A stretch of DNA of 64,000 bases from Flaccisagitta enflata (Eukaryota), in contig OZ231126.1 in assembly GCA_965153355.1 (NCBI GenBank), positions 17,236,001 to 17,300,000 on the forward strand. The letters run 5' to 3'. The position numbers and the translations under genes are program-made. Numbering within the stretch: the stretch's first letter is position 1; each line of letters begins with the position of its first letter. Shown one piece after another: positions 60,098 through 64,000 of this stretch. The notes under the pieces were generated by a model that saw only the letters and a list, made by a program, of their open reading frames with translations, had not been told where the DNA came from and did no database searches.

Positions 60098-60547
60098 TTC
60101 TCTCAGGAGCCGCGGGGAAACGTGGCAGTAGCAGAACTTCGTTGCCGAGGGTCGCGACGCTGTTTAGAGTAGCCGCGGCGACGGCGGCCGATGCGGCGTT
60201 TTCCGAGTTGAGATTCGGATTCACGGCGGCAGCAGCGGCCGCCGCCGCCGCAGCAGCAGCAGCAGCGGCGGCGGCGGAATGGAGATGAGGCGAAGTTTCC
60301 GCCGAGATGATCGACGAACTGGGACTGAGTTCGGGAGTTACGGGCGATCGAGCCGCCGACAAATGTTCTCTCGGCGGAAGTAAAGCCGCCGGTGGAAGCG
60401 CCGGGATTTTGGGAGCGCCGATCGCCGGAAGCGTCGGCAACGAAATCGGCGCCGTAGGAGAGGAAGGCGCCGGAAGTGCCGCTGGCGATGGTGGGGAAGA
60501 GGAGGAAGATGAAACGGCGGCCTCGAATGACGGATGTGTGGAGGAAG
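60098..60547 (-). CDS. Internal coding exon, Ala/Pro/Ser-rich with poly-Ala, of an unidentified gene (transcription-regulator-like composition)
   Basis: Long pyrimidine tract, CTCAC branch-like site and GACAG acceptor; GAA|GTATGT donor; 450 nt, phase 1-1, open frame, GC/CpG-rich. Confidence 0.8.
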
Positions 60548-60857
60548 CTGTCGGGAGTGAGTAAGAACAGAAAGGGGGGATAGAGAAAGGGAACAGTATA
60601 GATATTGTCATATTGAGTTAAACACTAATAAATATTCTACATCGCTGATGTAAAACAAATCCTTGCTCTCTATATGTGATGTTCAAAACCAATTGTATCG
60701 GCTTATCAAATAACATATTCAATATCACATTGAATTATCTTGGGTTGGCGCCAGGGGCGAAAATCTTTGTCTCGTTCTTACATGATTTCATGCCGCTGCT
60801 ACTGCGTATATGCTCTCCCCCCCAATCTCTGTTTCTCGTTACAAAACAGTATGAACT

Positions 60858-61112
60858 AAGGACAGTAACCTTTAGGGGAAGGAATATCTCTCAGGTATAC
60901 GACGGGTATTCGTTACATTTATCTTTGTTTTGTCTCCACGTCTTTGTCTCTTGTCCATAGTCCAATTCCATAGTCAATATCGATATTGAATGATAATTTC
61001 TCAAATCTTGATAATCTAGACAGTACCTTTATAGGAAGTATAAAGGAAGGAATATCTCTCGGGTGTATGACAGATATTCGTAACTTTATCTTTGTTTAGT
61101 CTCCACGTCCAT
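60858..61112. repeat. Two-copy local duplication
   Basis: GACAGTA.CCTTTA..GGAAGGAATATCTCTC.GGT.TA.GAC...TATTCGT..ACATTTATCTTTGTTT.GTCTCCACGTC at about 60860 and 61020. Confidence 0.8.
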
Positions 61113-61146
61113 AGTCTCGTTATATATATCACATATATTTATCAGC

Positions 61147-61259
<113 letters not shown>

Positions 61260-62348
61260 TGGTTATTTCACTAACATATTGGATAATCTCTCTTCGACCT
61301 CGTTTCACGATGGCGCTGACATCGTCATCTGAGTCTGAGTCTGAGTCAAAACACCGCCGAGAGGCGCCATCATCGGAAAAATCTTAAAACGGCATCAAGA
61401 GCCTTCTGCTTCGACGTCGATAGACTACACTCCATTTGCTGTCGCGTTGGTGGTTTGGTCCGTTTGTTAAATTGAAAAGATGAATGTGTCGATCGAATCA
61501 TTTTAATCCCTGTCGAGTAGTCAGATTGCAAGCAGCCTGAGAATTCAAATCAATAACCCTTTCAATAATTAAGACAATCATTTATTGAATTTGGTCGATC
61601 GGTCGGTGAATTGTACCGTTTTTTTTTAATTCCTTCTACCTGTCATGCCTTTCCACATTCCTTTAATCATCTTTTTGTAAAACCTTTATTTTTTTCAATT
61701 ATTTTTTTGATCATTCCCTCTGTAGTCCTCTGTACATTCACAAAATTGGTATTGTTATTGGTTGCGGACGCGCAACTCTTTAAGTCGGAGTGCAATCGAA
61801 GACAAAATTTGATCAGTTAACACATTTTTTCATGATATCATAGACATTGTCAATTTTTATGTTCTATCAATTAAAAATGATTATTAGTTTATTTTTAAAC
61901 TAGTTTTGCATTAAAAATCAAATTTTGTCTTCGTTTGCACCCCGACTTAAGAGGCATTGTCTGACCGTCGAACCGTACATCGATCCACCCGTTGGTCCGA
62001 GATTATTGTGTCGAAAAGTGTAAAGACGTGTATTTCCACCCATGCCCCTGCCCATGCCCCTCGTCCGAAAGGATATTGTAGGTTGTAACCCCGAGTTACT
62101 TGTTTCTATCTATGATCATGTTTGTGGTGGAAAAGATAAGAGGGCACGCCACAAGATTGCGCAGGTGGCATCCTTGAAGCAAGTAACGCGGGGTTACGAT
62201 ATCGCCGCGGACGGGCGGGCAGGGGTGTACAACCACTCTCCACACACACGCAGCATCTCAATTGCTGTTTTCACAGTGCAGTTATGGACCAACAGAATGG
62301 CGAACGGACCTAAGAACTGATGGACCTGACGGACCTGACGGACCTGAC

Positions 62349-62385
<37 letters not shown>

Positions 62386-62420
62386 TTTTTTTCGTTTTTG
62401 TTTTTTGTTTTTTTGGTTTG

Positions 62421-62508
<88 letters not shown>

Positions 62509-62536
62509 CTCTCTCTCTCAATCACTCTCTCTCTCT

Positions 62537-62706
62537 AAGTCGCGGACACGCGACTCTACACCTTGCCGTGTTGGACGGTCAGTTGTTCCATCTGTCGGTC
62601 TTTCCCTCCGTCCGTCCGTCTGTCACAGTTTTGAACTGCAAGCAGTTTTTGCATTACAGCCCCTGCCCAACCGTCCGCGACGCTGGTGCCGTGTTTCCGG
62701 CCTTGA
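62537..62706 (+). mobile_element. HINE/DINE-1-like element
   Basis: AGTCGCGGACACGCGACT hairpin ... GCCGTGTTTCCGGCCTTG. Confidence 0.75.
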
Positions 62707-62872
62707 CTTTCCCAACTACTGCGGCAAACGTCACTTCCGCCACTGGCATCATGGTTCCCATCGCCCTTCAGCAATCATTGTCATTTGATTCCTTCTGAAT
62801 CAATGAGCGTAAAATGAACCTTATCTTCATTTGTGACATAATGATTTGATTCAGAAAGAGTTAAAATGATAG

Positions 62873-63292
<420 letters not shown>

Positions 63293-63331
63293 ATAGGAGG
63301 GGGTTTCACTTAATCAATTTTTTCCACTTAC

Positions 63332-63392
63332 TAGGAACAACGAGTGAATGTCCTCTGCAGGAGTTCCTTGCTCCCACGATTGATGCCGTTTT
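63332..63392 (-). other. Candidate 61-nt exon of the minus-strand gene
   Basis: TATTCCAG acceptor and a perfect GTAAGT donor. All three frames are open, so the reading frame is undetermined. Confidence 0.35.
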
Positions 63393-63662
63393 CTGGAATA
63401 TTAAAACATCATCAGTAAATTCAATCAAGTTTTGGTCAACAACCTTTGGCATTTCCGTCGCCAGCGAAAAAGCAGGGAGAACGCAATGAGGAAGGCACGA
63501 GTTAACACAGAAAAAAGACACACAGACAGACACACACATTGACACACATATGAATAGTGTGTCTATTCAACACACGAAAATACAAGCACTCACACACAGA
63601 CACAGACACAGAAACAGACACACACACAGACACACAGACACACACACACACAGACACACACA

Positions 63663-63748
<86 letters not shown>

Positions 63749-64000
63749 GGAAAGAAGAATGGAAGGAAGGAAGGAAGGAAGGAAGGAAGGAAGGAAGGAA
63801 GGGAGGAAGAAACTAAGGAAGGGAGGAAGGAGAGAAGGAAAGAAAGTAAAAAAGAAAGAAAGAAAAATAGATAACGGAAAGGTAGAAATTTCTTTCTATC
63901 TTACACACACACACACACAAACACACACTGACACAAACACAAACACATACTGACACAAGCACAAACACATACACACACACACACACATACACACACACAC

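Overview
This is animal (probably invertebrate) genomic DNA, dense in microsatellites and non-autonomous transposons. Nearly all ORFs in the supplied track are repeat artefacts. Coding sequence I can support: a 4-TM TMEM221/Jiraiya-like gene at the left edge (+, ends 1457), and a few widely spaced exons of an unidentified Ala/Pro/Ser-rich minus-strand gene (best exons 60098-60547 and 36015-36155). The mobile elements are Helentron/DINE-1-like (HINE) elements, Tc1/mariner-type palindromic MITEs, one hAT-like element with an 8-bp TSD, and a foldback-like element carrying a 10-bp minisatellite and TTAGGG repeats. The most unusual part is a non-coding, CpG-poor domain at about 10.3-30.1 kb. It holds about 28 copies, on both strands, of an extended octamer/POU motif (GCAATATGC[A/T]AATGAGAT). 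Many copies sit in a diverged array of 400-500 bp units, each with a conserved core and a variable segment. Part of the domain is an old nested palindrome centred near 23 kb. Its function cannot be read from sequence alone. Coordinates of diverged repeats are approximate and were aligned by eye.
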